From positions 128,001-192,000 of the forward strand of contig JBOEGD010000001.1 in assembly GCA_050633245.1 (NCBI GenBank): DNA of 64,000 nucleotides, read 5' to 3'. The translations under genes and the position numbers were made by a program. The notes below the pieces were generated by a model, which had not been told where the DNA came from, did not search any database, and saw only the letters and a program-made list of their open reading frames with translations. Shown here one piece after another: positions 38,902 to 49,589 of the stretch. Each line of letters begins with the position of its first letter. Position 1 is the first letter of the stretch. The DNA is from Calditrichia bacterium. GTDB lineage: Bacteria; Calditrichota; Calditrichia; RBG-13-44-9; J075.

Positions 38902-39594
38902 ATGAAACTCAGTATTGTCATTCCGGTTTATAATGAGCGTGAAACCCTGGAAGAGCTCGTGCAGCGCGTCTGCGAAGTGCAACTGCCCGGTGTTGAAAAA
39001 GAATTGATTCTGGTAGATGATGGTTCTACCGACGGCACGCGTGAGCTGATTACCGATAAGTTGAGTTCACAAGTGCAGCAGGTTATTTTTCAACCACAGA
39101 ATCAAGGTAAGGGCGCAGCGTTACGCGTTGGCTTTGCTGCAGCTACCGGCGATGTCTTGGTTGTGCAGGATGCTGATTTAGAATACGACCCGCGAGAGTA
39201 TATCAAGCTGCTGCAGCCGATTCTCGATGGCAGGGCAGATGTGGTTTATGGCTCTCGTTTTAGCGGAGAAGGCCCGCATCGCGTCTTGTTTTTCTGGCAT
39301 TATGTCGGTAATAAATTCCTGACGCTACTGTCCAATATGTTTACCAATCTCAACCTCACCGATATGGAAACCTGTTATAAAATGTTTCGCCGTGACGTTT
39401 TGGAAGGTATTGTTCTTCAGCAGAATCGCTTTGGTTTCGAACCTGAAATTACCGCCAAGTTTGCCAGAGGAAACTGGCGGATCTACGAAGTAGGCATATC
39501 CTATTATGGCAGAACCTATGAAGAGGGTAAAAAGATTGGGTGGAAAGACGGTTTGAAAGCGCTGTGGTGCATTGTCCGTTATGGTTTTTGGTAA
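38902..39594 (+). CDS. Glycosyltransferase family 2 (DPM1-like)
   Basis: [42 protein letters not shown]. Confidence 0.93.
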   Translation: MKLSIVIPVYNERETLEELVQRVCEVQLPGVEKELILVDDGSTDGTRELITDKLSSQVQQVIFQPQNQGKGAALRVGFAAATGDVLVVQDADLEYDPREYIKLLQPILDGRADVVYGSRFSGEGPHRVLFFWHYVGNKFLTLLSNMFTNLNLTDMETCYKMFRRDVLEGIVLQQNRFGFEPEITAKFARGNWRIYEVGISYYGRTYEEGKKIGWKDGLKALWCIVRYGFW

Positions 39595-39598
39595 CGTA

Positions 39599-39911
39599 AT
39601 TGGAGCGGTTTTGGGTTAACACTGGGGTAGTTTTTAATACTGCTCCAGTTTTATTTTTAATTGTTTTCAAAATTTGGCGGTTTTTTTCTAAAAAGACTGC
39701 TCCATTCTAATAATGCTCCAGTCTGACGCTTCAATAATAAAATTCAAAATTTAACGTCTTTTCTATAATATAGTACAGACGTTCGGATATCCCAAGACTG
39801 CTCCATTCTAACAATGCTCCAGTCTGGTGCCAAAAACCGGAACAGTTTTGAAAACCGTTCAGGTTCGTCGGATTTGCTAAGGTTATTATTTTTCACAGGT
39901 TTTTAGACCTG
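39599..39911. repeat. Cluster of REP-like elements including a 33-bp direct repeat
   Basis: AAGACTGCTCCATTCTAAYAATGCTCCAGTCTG at 39693-39725 and 39794-39826; hairpin ACTGGGGTAG/CTGCTCCAGT at 39621-39649; five TGCTCCA copies. Confidence 0.7.
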
Positions 39912-40084
39912 CTCTTCGCCTTATTAATCTAATAGCGTCGATAATCAAATTAATAAGTCTGTCCGTTTAAAAGACGCCAGTGGGTATAAAAAAGCGCGTG
40001 TTCTCGTCTTTTCAATGTTTGGTATGGCATTTGAATAATAACCCAATACCTAATAACCATAAGAATCTATTTTTTGGAGGCGAA

Positions 40085-41368
40085 ATGAAAGTTTGGCTTA
40101 TCTATATCTTTGTATCGATCGCTCTGCTGATCGGATGCTCGAAAGAGCAATCCACAGAGCCGATAAAAGATCCTCTGCAATTTCGAACTGCACAGCAAGT
40201 GCTGCCCGAGATGATGCGCGGAATAAACATCGGCAATACACTCGAACCGCCGACAGAGGGTGCGTGGAATAACGGGCTTCTTCAGGAATACTATTTCGAC
40301 GATTATAAGAGCGCTGGTTTTACTACGGTTCGCGTTCCCGTACGGTGGGAAAATCATACGCAGGAAGAAGCGCCTTATACTGTTGATGAAGCCTGGATGC
40401 AGCGCGTTGAGCAGGTGGTAGATTGGGGATTGGCGCGCGATCTGTATATTATTATCAATGCGCATCACGATTGGTGGTTGGTAAATAATTATGCCGATGC
40501 GGCCATCCGAGAGCGCTTTAAGAGTATCTGGACTCAAATTGCCGATCGCTTTCAGGATAAATCCCCAAAGCTTTTGTTTGAGATCATCAACGAGCCTAAG
40601 GGGATGACGCAGGAGCAAATCAATGAACTAAACTCCGATATCCTTGGAATTATCCGCGAAAATAATTCACAGCGAATCGTTATTTATAGTGGACATGAAT
40701 GGGCCGCACTTCAGCAATTACTTTCGGCAGCAATTCCCGATGATGACTATGTAATGGGATATTTCCATGCCTATGATCCTTGGGCATTTGCAGGGGAGGG
40801 GAATGGTCTTTGGGGCTCACCAGATGAAGTAAATGCTATTAAGAGTATGTTTGAAACCGCTTCTGCCTGGTCTACCGCAAATAATATTCCCGTGATGATA
40901 AGCGAGTTTGGAGCTGTTCAGGCATGCGATTACAATTCGCGTATGTTGTTTTATTCCGTTTATGTTGAGCAGGCACTAAGAAACAATATTGCCTTTCAAG
41001 CCTGGGATGATGGCGGAAACTTTGGTATTTATAAGCGCGCGGAGCGCGACTGGCCTGAGGTAAAAGATATTTTGGTTAATACCTATACCGATGGCCCAAC
41101 GTCGTTACAGGTAAGTGCACGTGCAAACTCTACTATGCTCTTAACCTGGCAAAACAGAGCAACATCTCAAACAGCCATTCGCGTAGAGCGCAGGAATGAG
41201 ACCAGTGATTTTTCCTCGATTGTAGAACTGCCTTCGGATGCTGTTGAATATTCGGATACCGGACTTGCAAGTGATACGTATTTTTATCGCGTGGTTTACG
41301 AGGCTGGAAACGGCGTAGAGAAATTCTCCTATCCTGTTAAGATAGTTCGTCTGACAGCCACACCATAG
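40085..41368 (+). CDS. Glycoside hydrolase family 5 lipoprotein with C-terminal FN3-like domain
   Basis: GGAGG before ATG 40085; lipobox LIGC; GINIGNTLE, RVPVRW, INAHH, acid/base INEP, nucleophile ISEFG; LTW...YFYRV FN3 pattern. Confidence 0.9.
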   Translation: MKVWLIYIFVSIALLIGCSKEQSTEPIKDPLQFRTAQQVLPEMMRGINIGNTLEPPTEGAWNNGLLQEYYFDDYKSAGFTTVRVPVRWENHTQEEAPYTVDEAWMQRVEQVVDWGLARDLYIIINAHHDWWLVNNYADAAIRERFKSIWTQIADRFQDKSPKLLFEIINEPKGMTQEQINELNSDILGIIRENNSQRIVIYSGHEWAALQQLLSAAIPDDDYVMGYFHAYDPWAFAGEGNGLWGSPDEVNAIKSMFETASAWSTANNIPVMISEFGAVQACDYNSRMLFYSVYVEQALRNNIAFQAWDDGGNFGIYKRAERDWPEVKDILVNTYTDGPTSLQVSARANSTMLLTWQNRATSQTAIRVERRNETSDFSSIVELPSDAVEYSDTGLASDTYFYRVVYEAGNGVEKFSYPVKIVRLTATP

Positions 41369-41414
41369 AAGACTATTTTTGTCTGTGGTATCGAAAAGCG
41401 GATGGGTCTAAATA

Positions 41415-41451
41415 CAAAAGAGCCGCGACATACGCTGTCGCAGCTCTTTTG
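41415..41451. terminator. Bidirectional terminator between convergent genes
   Basis: CAAAAGAGCCGCGACA-TACGC-TGTCGCAGCTCTTTTG. Confidence 0.8.
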
Positions 41452-41478
41452 TTACTGCTATATTGAAACGTGGATTTC

Positions 41479-44112
41479 TTACTTAACTAACATCATTTTC
41501 TTGGCAATTTTAGTTGTCTTACCTTTAGCATCCAATGCCTTCAGCTCGTAGATGTAAACACCCGTGGCTGCCGGAATACCATTGTCGCCCATTCCGTCCC
41601 ACTTGCGGCTGTAAGCACCCGGTGCCAATTCGCCATTTACCAACTCGCGAACCTTCTCACCAAGAACATTGTAGATTGTCAGAGTCACTTGGCTAACATC
41701 CTGAATCGCATTGGAAACGTTGAAGCGAATCGTTGTTTCCGGGTTGAATGGATTCGGATAGTTCTCTTCCAAACGATACTCTTTAACCAGCGTTGGATTC
41801 GTATCCGGATCGTCATCGTTGGTGCTCACCGGAACGGTTCCGATTCCAACCACAATTTCGTGCGGATTCAACTCGCTGTTGCCATACTCGTCCTGTGCTT
41901 CTGTTCGCAGCTCCATTGTTCCTGCACTGATGCTGTTAAGTGTTACTTCCCAGGAACTATAGTTGTCGCCGGTCGGGATGGCTTCAACACCGTTGATCTT
42001 AACAGAAACGATGTTGCTGTTGTCCATTGCCACACCGCGAACGGTGATGGATGAAACCTGCGGGTCAAGAGACTGACCATTTGCCGGGTAAGTAATGACT
42101 ACTGCTGGCGGAAGCTGATCGTTAATATGGATCGGATTGTTCGGCCATGGAACATTGTCTACTGCAACGCGAACGTCTTCGTTAAACTGCGGCTCCATAT
42201 TTTGATAGCTACGACCATCGCTGCGATTCTGTGCAGTCGGAATAACAACCGCATCCTGATTATTACCAAACCAGTCGTGCATAATAAAGGTCAGATCCGG
42301 ATTGGATTTAGCGTTGTCATCGCCGGAAGCGCCATCGTGACCGTCTTCCATGTTTTTCACAATATAATTACGCATGTGAGCTTCGCAATCACGATCACGT
42401 GATTTTTGACCCAAAATCTTAAACGGGTATTCATTTGCTGTGTCAGCATACACTTCTTCGAAGGTAATCAGACCTTCCGGCTCTTTACGAAGTGAGAATA
42501 CTTCGTTTGTCGTGCGAATGGCTGTAAAACCTTCGATGCGACCGTCCTGAATTTCACGTCCATACATACCGTAGGCCGTATTCCAGATGTACAGGTTCTT
42601 GACATAAAAGTTTCTGTGATCCGGGCGGAAACCATACCAGGTTCCCCAGCTCTTGAAATCTTCGATTACGAAAGGCTCGTCGGCATTTGCATAGCCGTTA
42701 CCGAAGTAACCGTATTTCTGAATACCATGTGTCTCGTTACCTTTAAAGCGCAGGTAACCAAACTTCTGAATCTGAACGTTCTGTGCATAGCTGCCGTCAG
42801 GCTGTAGAACTGTTCCGTAGATGTCGGACTCAATCTCAAACTGATATCCATACGTATCGCACTCGTTCGCAACGTTGTTGATGAAAGAGTTACGACCATT
42901 TGCCCACCAGTATCCGGCGCCGTCGTTGTCGTCATAAGCCAATGCCTGATTCGGTAGCGGATCGGTCTCATAGGCCAAAACAGCCAGGTTGCCTTCAAAG
43001 TGGTTATATACCTCGGTTCCGTCTTCCATAAAGTAGCCGTGTCCGAGAGATTTGTAACCAACGTTATCCTTCACAACCAGAAAGTCTGTTCCGTGAACTG
43101 TTACCCAGCGGTTATCCGAATTGTGGATAGAGGCGCCAATAACGAAAGCTCCGCGGTTAGTAGACTTAACAATGTGAAAGTGAATCGGGTAGCGCGCCAG
43201 CTCGCCTTCTTTTCCAAGATAAGCAAACTCAGCATAGCTGATGCTTCCCTTGCTGCTCCAGTGATACATGGTATGACCACGAACACCATTCGGATTCTTG
43301 CTTTCAATAACAACGTTACGAGAAAGAACGGCAACCTCACCAGCATGCTGTCCGCCTTTCCATACAGGGTGCGGATGATCCAGCGGCTGATCGATGGTAA
43401 TGCGATTCCCATTGATAGCTGTAATGTAACGCTCTTCAGTTTCCTGCATTCCGTTTCCACGGAAGGAGCCATTGCTTACAATATTACCATTTGGGCGGCG
43501 ACTACGTGTAACGATAATCTTATCGCCAACATTCCAGTCGTTTACAGTCTCCTGTAGTCTTATCTCAGTCTCGCCGGACATGGCAGACTCAGCCATTTTA
43601 ACCCAGGTCTTCTTCATCGGAGCACCGTGGATCTCCATACGACCACCGTGTGCCTGAATTGAAGGGTTACAGTTATCGTCCAGGCTGCTGAAGTAGGTCA
43701 AACGTACGCGTGCTTCTATACCATAAGGAATCGGATTGTCAAAAGTTCCGATTTCCAGCGTCGGACGAGGTGTCCAGGTTGCGCCGGTCTGGCCAATTGA
43801 ACAATCCTGGTCGGGATCAACTGAAGTACGACTGGATATGAAAATTGTACCTACATCGAGTTGGGTGTCCTGAGTTCTGGAGAATTCAAGTTTGCCACGT
43901 ACGTGAATTAAGCGAATTTCATCACTGGAAACACGGTCGTAAAGAACAACGTGGCCACTATCGACCTTTACATTGTCGCCCTGGCCGGGAACAGAACCGC
44001 CGCTCCATGTATTACCATCAGACCAGTTTCCACTTCTTACACTTGTTATGTCGTCTGCCATTGCAAACATGCTAAAAAATGTGATAATAATGCACACAGT
44101 TTTGAGCATCAT
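41479..44112 (-). CDS. Secreted G8-domain / parallel beta-helix protein with Ig-like and T9SS-type/FlgD C-terminal domain
   Basis: Signal peptide from ATG 44112; SGNWSD..TW...VP G8 start; LSRNV, RYPIHFH, VTVHGT, GHGYFMEDG; C-terminal NYPNPFNPETTI...GVYIY. Confidence 0.82.
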   Translation of the reverse strand: MMLKTVCIIITFFSMFAMADDITSVRSGNWSDGNTWSGGSVPGQGDNVKVDSGHVVLYDRVSSDEIRLIHVRGKLEFSRTQDTQLDVGTIFISSRTSVDPDQDCSIGQTGATWTPRPTLEIGTFDNPIPYGIEARVRLTYFSSLDDNCNPSIQAHGGRMEIHGAPMKKTWVKMAESAMSGETEIRLQETVNDWNVGDKIIVTRSRRPNGNIVSNGSFRGNGMQETEERYITAINGNRITIDQPLDHPHPVWKGGQHAGEVAVLSRNVVIESKNPNGVRGHTMYHWSSKGSISYAEFAYLGKEGELARYPIHFHIVKSTNRGAFVIGASIHNSDNRWVTVHGTDFLVVKDNVGYKSLGHGYFMEDGTEVYNHFEGNLAVLAYETDPLPNQALAYDDNDGAGYWWANGRNSFINNVANECDTYGYQFEIESDIYGTVLQPDGSYAQNVQIQKFGYLRFKGNETHGIQKYGYFGNGYANADEPFVIEDFKSWGTWYGFRPDHRNFYVKNLYIWNTAYGMYGREIQDGRIEGFTAIRTTNEVFSLRKEPEGLITFEEVYADTANEYPFKILGQKSRDRDCEAHMRNYIVKNMEDGHDGASGDDNAKSNPDLTFIMHDWFGNNQDAVVIPTAQNRSDGRSYQNMEPQFNEDVRVAVDNVPWPNNPIHINDQLPPAVVITYPANGQSLDPQVSSITVRGVAMDNSNIVSVKINGVEAIPTGDNYSSWEVTLNSISAGTMELRTEAQDEYGNSELNPHEIVVGIGTVPVSTNDDDPDTNPTLVKEYRLEENYPNPFNPETTIRFNVSNAIQDVSQVTLTIYNVLGEKVRELVNGELAPGAYSRKWDGMGDNGIPAATGVYIYELKALDAKGKTTKIAKKMMLVK

Positions 44113-44313
44113 GCTCGTGCGCAGGACAGAGGGGTTGTGCCCTTTGCGCGTTTCGTATCGGTTACTCAAGTCCCTCATTGTGATACTCCTTGCCTTTTCA
44201 GTTAGTGCGATTAGTCGTTTTAGAGTATTCTGATTATGGGTTTCTTTAATAATTGAATACATCGATCTTCATCCTTGTAATTCGTCCATGTAATAGTCGA
44301 CGCCCCGGTGAAA

Positions 44314-44329
44314 AGCAATAGGCGTGCCA
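44314..44329 (-). promoter_or_regulatory. Sigma-54 (-24/-12) promoter of the G8 gene
   Basis: Minus strand TGGCACGCCTATTGCT matches the consensus TGGCACG-N4-TTGCW. Confidence 0.8.
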
Positions 44330-44680
44330 TTATTTAATGGAATTCTTGTTGAGAGCGGTATAGAGCGGAATGCGTCTTATATATAGCACAACTTTATTTT
44401 TAAAATGTGACTGACTACATGGTTCTGTGGTTATTTTTTGCACAGATTTGGTTCAAATCGCTAAATAAGCACGAAAATACGCAGAAAAGCTTATTCAATA
44501 TGTTAGGGAAGCCTGTAAAGAGGGCGCTGAAAATTCCGATACTTACTACGTGCAAGGCATCACATTGAAATTTCAAATATTCGAAAAATTTGAGCCCTTT
44601 GGGAGCATTTCTATCATACGTACTCTACACTTGTCAACTGATCAAACACACCATATATCGATTGTAAAGGAATAATTCCT

Positions 44681-45775
44681 ATGAAGAGGATTATCAATGT
44701 TGTTGGGGCAAGACCCAATTTTATGAAAATAGGACCAATTCAACGCGAGATGGCAAAGTATCCAAATGAGATTGAGCCGCTCTTGTTACATACCGGTCAA
44801 CATTATGATGAAAAGATGAGTAAACTGTTCTTCGTAGATCTTGAGCTTCCGCAGCCGGATATCTATTTAGGTGTCGGTTCTGGCTCTCATGCCCAGCAAA
44901 CAGCCAAGATTATGACGGACTTTGAAAAAGTCTGCCTCGAACATAAACCAGATATGGTGCTTGTTGTTGGTGATGTAAACTCTACTGTTGCCTGCAGCCT
45001 CGTTGCTTCGAAACTGCACATACCGGTTATTCATGTTGAAGCCGGGTTGCGCAGTAATGATCGCAAAATGCCGGAAGAGCTGAATCGGTTGGTAACGGAT
45101 GTCTTGTCCGACCACCTCTTTATTACCGAGAAAAGCGGTATCGAGAATTTGAAGAACGAAGGTATTGATGATTCCAAGGTTCACTTTGTAGGCAACGTGA
45201 TGATCGATTCGCTCGCTTATAATGCGAAGAAAGCAGATGAGTCTAAAATCTTGGATCAACTTGAGCTGGAAAGCGGCAACTATGTACTGGTAACGCTGCA
45301 CCGACCCTCAAATGTTGATGACCCGGAAAACTTTATGAAAATCATTCGTGCATTTGAAGAGGTGCCGAAAGATTTACAGATCGTTTTCCCGATGCACCCA
45401 CGCACTGCGAATAATATTAAGAAGTTCGGTTTGGAAGAGCGCGTTGCTGCTCTAACCAACCTCAAGCAACTGCCTCCTATCGGCTATTTAGATTTCATGC
45501 AGCTTACGCGTAACAGTAAGTTTGTTATGACTGACTCTGGCGGTATTCAGGAAGAAACCACCTATCTCGGTATTCCCTGTATTACGCTGCGCGAAAATAC
45601 CGAACGACCGATCACCGCAGAAGTGGGAACGAATGAGATTGTCGGAACGGATATGGATCTGATTCTGAACTGTCTGGAACGCGTTCTTAGCGGTAACTGG
45701 AAAAAGGGAGAGATTCCCGAGCTGTGGGATGGCAAGGCTGCCGAGCGCATTGTTTCGGTTTTGCGTAAACTGTAA
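44681..45775 (+). CDS. wecB: UDP-N-acetylglucosamine 2-epimerase (non-hydrolysing)
   Basis: GARPNFMK, HTGQHYD, HVEAGLRS, TLHRPSNVD, TDSGGIQEE, TERP. Confidence 0.95.
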   Translation: MKRIINVVGARPNFMKIGPIQREMAKYPNEIEPLLLHTGQHYDEKMSKLFFVDLELPQPDIYLGVGSGSHAQQTAKIMTDFEKVCLEHKPDMVLVVGDVNSTVACSLVASKLHIPVIHVEAGLRSNDRKMPEELNRLVTDVLSDHLFITEKSGIENLKNEGIDDSKVHFVGNVMIDSLAYNAKKADESKILDQLELESGNYVLVTLHRPSNVDDPENFMKIIRAFEEVPKDLQIVFPMHPRTANNIKKFGLEERVAALTNLKQLPPIGYLDFMQLTRNSKFVMTDSGGIQEETTYLGIPCITLRENTERPITAEVGTNEIVGTDMDLILNCLERVLSGNWKKGEIPELWDGKAAERIVSVLRKL

Positions 45776-45802
45776 TCATAGAAACGTCATTGGGACCGTA
45801 TC

Positions 45803-48163
45803 ATGGATGTATTAAAATACGCATCAAAACTTAGTAAAATGAGCTCGCATGAGATTTCCTTCCGTATTAAACAGAAGGCTCGAAATACTGTGGAAACCTT
45901 ACGCTGGAAGCGACAGGGCAGGCAGGATATGTTTGTTCCATCGCATATTTCGCAGTGGGATACCGCGTCTCATGTCTTTCCTGCCGCCGACCTGAAGTTC
46001 TTTGGTTTTGAAAAAGGCGCAAAAGCGCTTCAGGCAGGATATGAAGGCCATTTCAGTAAGCGCAAAGAAGAAACGATCAAGGCCGCTGATAAGCTAATGA
46101 AGCAGCAGTTTCGCCTGTTGGGACTCGACGTTACTTTGCAGGATACCATTCAATGGAATCAGAATCCACAAACCGGTACTAACTATCCGATGCAGCATCA
46201 TGTTATGATGGATACGTTTAATACAGAAAAATACGGTGACGTGAAGTTTGTCTGGGAGCTAAATCGTCATCAATTCTTTATCGAACTGGCGAAGAGTTAT
46301 TTTGTTAGCGGTAACGAAAAGTATGCTGAAAAGCTGTGGAGCTGGCTGGAAAGCTGGTTCGAGCAAAACCCGCATAAGATCGGCATCAATCATACCTCGG
46401 TGCTGGAACATTCAGTGCGCATTTATGCGTGGATCTGGAGCTATTACTTTACCGCCGAATCTCCCATTTGGACAAAAGAACGCAAGGCTACTCTGGCACG
46501 TAACCTGCTTCTTCAAGGCGAGATGATTGAAGAGAACCTGTCTTTCTATTATAGTCCCTACAATCATTTAATTGGGGAGCTTGCGGCTCTTTCTTTTTTG
46601 GGCACGGTTTACAGTAATTCCGAACGTATGATAGCATGGCGGGATGACTACTGGCTTGAGATGGAACGTCAGCTCGATATGCAGTACTCGAAAGATGGAT
46701 TCACGGTTGAACAAGCAACGTATTATCATCACTTTACAACCGGGTTTTATCTGCAGCTGGCCCTGTTACGACGTCAAAACGGACTGCCGGTTTCAGACAG
46801 AGCATGGAAACATATCGAGCAGGCACTGGATTTCCCAATGCGTTTTACCAGACCCGATGGCCAGCTTCCAATGCTCGGAGATATTGACAGTGCTCGCTCA
46901 ATTTATTTCTATCAGCCGCAGCCAATGTGGGATTTAAGACCGTTTCAGGCGCTCGGTGCAGTTGTTTTTAAGCGCAACGACATGCGGTTTGTCGCTGCCG
47001 AACCGGCGGAAGAACTGCTTTGGTTGCTGGGAACAGATGGCCTGGAAGAATTTAATACGCTCACTCCGGAAGCTCCCGAAGCTGTTTCCGAGGCGTTACC
47101 GGAAAGCGGTTATTATATGATGCGAGATGGCTGGGATGGCAAAAGTAATTATTGCTGTTTCGATTGTGGAGACATTGCACACGGTGTTTTTAAGGATGAA
47201 ACGCCATCTGCTGCTCATGGACATGGAGACATTCTATCTTTTGAGCTGACGGTTAATGGCAGTCCCTTAATAATCGACCCCGGATTTTATACTTATTTCG
47301 GGCCCTTGGAATGGCACCGTTACTTTCGCTCCACGCGTGGTCACAATAGTATTGAAATAAATGGTGCTGGTCAGGCGGTTCACGAAGGTCGAATTGGCTG
47401 GTCGCATGTTTCTTCGCCGACCCTCCTGCATTGGGCCTCGGGAAAAACAATGGACTTTGCTGCCGGTGAAATTGATCGTTTCGCGAAGCTGAATCAACCG
47501 GTTCGCCAACAGCGATATATGATCTTTCGCAAAGATGCCTATCTGTTAGTGGTCGATCGTCTGGTTGGTAGTGCAACGGGCAAGCTGGAAATCGAGTCTT
47601 CATTCCACTTTCCGCCGGGAGAATTGCGTGAGTCTGACGGACGTCTGTTTTACAATGATGCCCTCTGTGCCGCGGTGCAGAGCGCAGCGAAAACGAATGT
47701 ACAGATTTCCTGCGGCGGAGAGAATCCGGATGAAGGTTGGATGGCTGAAGGATATGGCTGTAAAACTGCCGCTCCGGTGCTGAGAATCACAGCGACGGAA
47801 GCTGCGCCGACCTATCTTGCGATGGCTTTTCCTCTGCAGGCTGTTAAGCCTGAAGCCTTTTCTATAGAAAGCAGAGAAGAGGATGGTATGCAAATTCTTG
47901 ATATCGCAATTAATGGATTAAAGGAGCGTATCTACTTGAATTCCGCCCGCAAACGAGTAAGCATAGGTGATGATTTTGAAACGGATGCCCTGTGTGTTGT
48001 TGCCAGCTCGAATCCTCAAGAAAAAGAAATGCAGTTAATTAAGTTGCGTCACCTGAAGCGCGGTGGTGAGGTTTTAGATTTAAAGATTCCCGATCAATCA
48101 TCGGGCGATCTAAATATCCATCTCAATTATTCTGGTAAACCGGAAGTGGCGGTTTGGAAATAA
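45803..48163 (+). CDS. Heparinase II/III-family protein
   Basis: WELNRHQ, NHLIGE, EQATYYH, HGHGD, DPG, HNS. Confidence 0.85.
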   Translation: MDVLKYASKLSKMSSHEISFRIKQKARNTVETLRWKRQGRQDMFVPSHISQWDTASHVFPAADLKFFGFEKGAKALQAGYEGHFSKRKEETIKAADKLMKQQFRLLGLDVTLQDTIQWNQNPQTGTNYPMQHHVMMDTFNTEKYGDVKFVWELNRHQFFIELAKSYFVSGNEKYAEKLWSWLESWFEQNPHKIGINHTSVLEHSVRIYAWIWSYYFTAESPIWTKERKATLARNLLLQGEMIEENLSFYYSPYNHLIGELAALSFLGTVYSNSERMIAWRDDYWLEMERQLDMQYSKDGFTVEQATYYHHFTTGFYLQLALLRRQNGLPVSDRAWKHIEQALDFPMRFTRPDGQLPMLGDIDSARSIYFYQPQPMWDLRPFQALGAVVFKRNDMRFVAAEPAEELLWLLGTDGLEEFNTLTPEAPEAVSEALPESGYYMMRDGWDGKSNYCCFDCGDIAHGVFKDETPSAAHGHGDILSFELTVNGSPLIIDPGFYTYFGPLEWHRYFRSTRGHNSIEINGAGQAVHEGRIGWSHVSSPTLLHWASGKTMDFAAGEIDRFAKLNQPVRQQRYMIFRKDAYLLVVDRLVGSATGKLEIESSFHFPPGELRESDGRLFYNDALCAAVQSAAKTNVQISCGGENPDEGWMAEGYGCKTAAPVLRITATEAAPTYLAMAFPLQAVKPEAFSIESREEDGMQILDIAINGLKERIYLNSARKRVSIGDDFETDALCVVASSNPQEKEMQLIKLRHLKRGGEVLDLKIPDQSSGDLNIHLNYSGKPEVAVWK

Positions 48164-48494
48164 ATAGCGAACGCATACAGGCTGCTGACACAGCGTTCCG
48201 CTAATCCCTTTGCCGGAAAGATTAATACCCATAGCACAACGTGACTGACACGGCGCCTGGGTTCGATACGAATACGGAAATTTTCTTCACTCGGAATCGA
48301 AACCTTACGATGATAAAGAACTTAGAGGCTGTGCGGGTTTTTCAGAGAACGAAAGCGTTGAGAAATCGATGCCCTTCGCTCTCTCTGAATACATAGCGAC
48401 CCGAGCGGGTTTCTCTCGCGGTATGCAGCTTAATCTTTTCTATGAGCAATAGTATCCGAATCGCAACGTTCCATAACGATTTTACGGAAGTAAC

Positions 48495-49589
48495 ATGGCA
48501 ACAAAGCAAATGAGTCGAAACGGAAGCCACAAAAAAATTCTTGAAATCAGTTCTTATCCACCGCCGCGTGCCGGTTGGGGAGTGCGTGTCTCATTCGTCA
48601 AAGACGCACTTATCGAAGGTGGACATGCCTGTGAGGTTATTAATATCGCGCCGGAAAGCCGAATGATTCCCAGCCCGGAGTATTTGACCTCTATGAATGG
48701 GTTGGATTACTGCATGAAGGTGCTGAAAAAGAGCCTGGCAGGATATCGCGTGCACATGCACCTTAACGGAAATTCTCCGAAGGGCTTTGTGCTGACCATT
48801 CTGGCAGGTACGATTAACCTCCTCACGTTTAAACGACCGATATTGACGGTGCATGCCGGGCCCTATCAGATTTATTTCCCCCGTGAGCGCGCCAAACATC
48901 TTGTTCCAATGTTTAAGTATATTTTTGGAACTGCGCGCAAAATTATCTGTAACAGCGATGCGGTAAAAGAGAAAATTGTGGAATACGGTATCAGCCCGGA
49001 TAAAATTGTGCCCATTCAGGCATTTAGCGTGCAGTATCTGCAATATGAGAAGCCCGAGCTAAAGCCGGATCTGCAGCAGTTTATCGATAAACACGACGTG
49101 CTGATAAGTTCGTATGTGTTTTTTCGACCGGAGTTCTTTATTGATAGCATGGTAAAGGCGATCGCAGAGCTGAAAAAGGTCTATCCCAAAATTGGACTCA
49201 TGATCCTTGGCTCGCACGACAACTCCGAAGATATACGCAAGCTGGTGACGGAGCTCGGTATTGATGACAATGTCTACTTTGCCGGAGATCTGGATCATGA
49301 TACATTCCTGACGCTGGTTGCAACAGCTCAAATCTTTCTGCGCACGCCGATACGCGACGGTATCTGTTCGTCAGTGCTGGAAGCACTGGCACTTGGTGTG
49401 CCTGTCGTTGCGTCTGAAAACGACCGCCGACCAGAAAGTGTAATTACATATAATCATGAAGAAGTTTCAGATATGGTGCGCGCAGTGCGTGAAACAATAG
49501 ATAATCTGGAAGAAGCAAAACAGCGCATTGTAAAACCGGTTATTCAGGATACGGTTGCCGATGAAGTCGCTGTATTGGTGGAGGCATAA
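48495..49589 (+). CDS. Glycosyltransferase family 4
   Basis: YPPP.AGW, DG...SVLEALALGVPVVAS. Confidence 0.85.
   Translation: MATKQMSRNGSHKKILEISSYPPPRAGWGVRVSFVKDALIEGGHACEVINIAPESRMIPSPEYLTSMNGLDYCMKVLKKSLAGYRVHMHLNGNSPKGFVLTILAGTINLLTFKRPILTVHAGPYQIYFPRERAKHLVPMFKYIFGTARKIICNSDAVKEKIVEYGISPDKIVPIQAFSVQYLQYEKPELKPDLQQFIDKHDVLISSYVFFRPEFFIDSMVKAIAELKKVYPKIGLMILGSHDNSEDIRKLVTELGIDDNVYFAGDLDHDTFLTLVATAQIFLRTPIRDGICSSVLEALALGVPVVASENDRRPESVITYNHEEVSDMVRAVRETIDNLEEAKQRIVKPVIQDTVADEVAVLVEA

Noticed and set aside
39693-39826. CRISPR mini-array
   Set aside because: Only two repeats, a 68-bp spacer, no cas genes, and the surroundings look REP-like.
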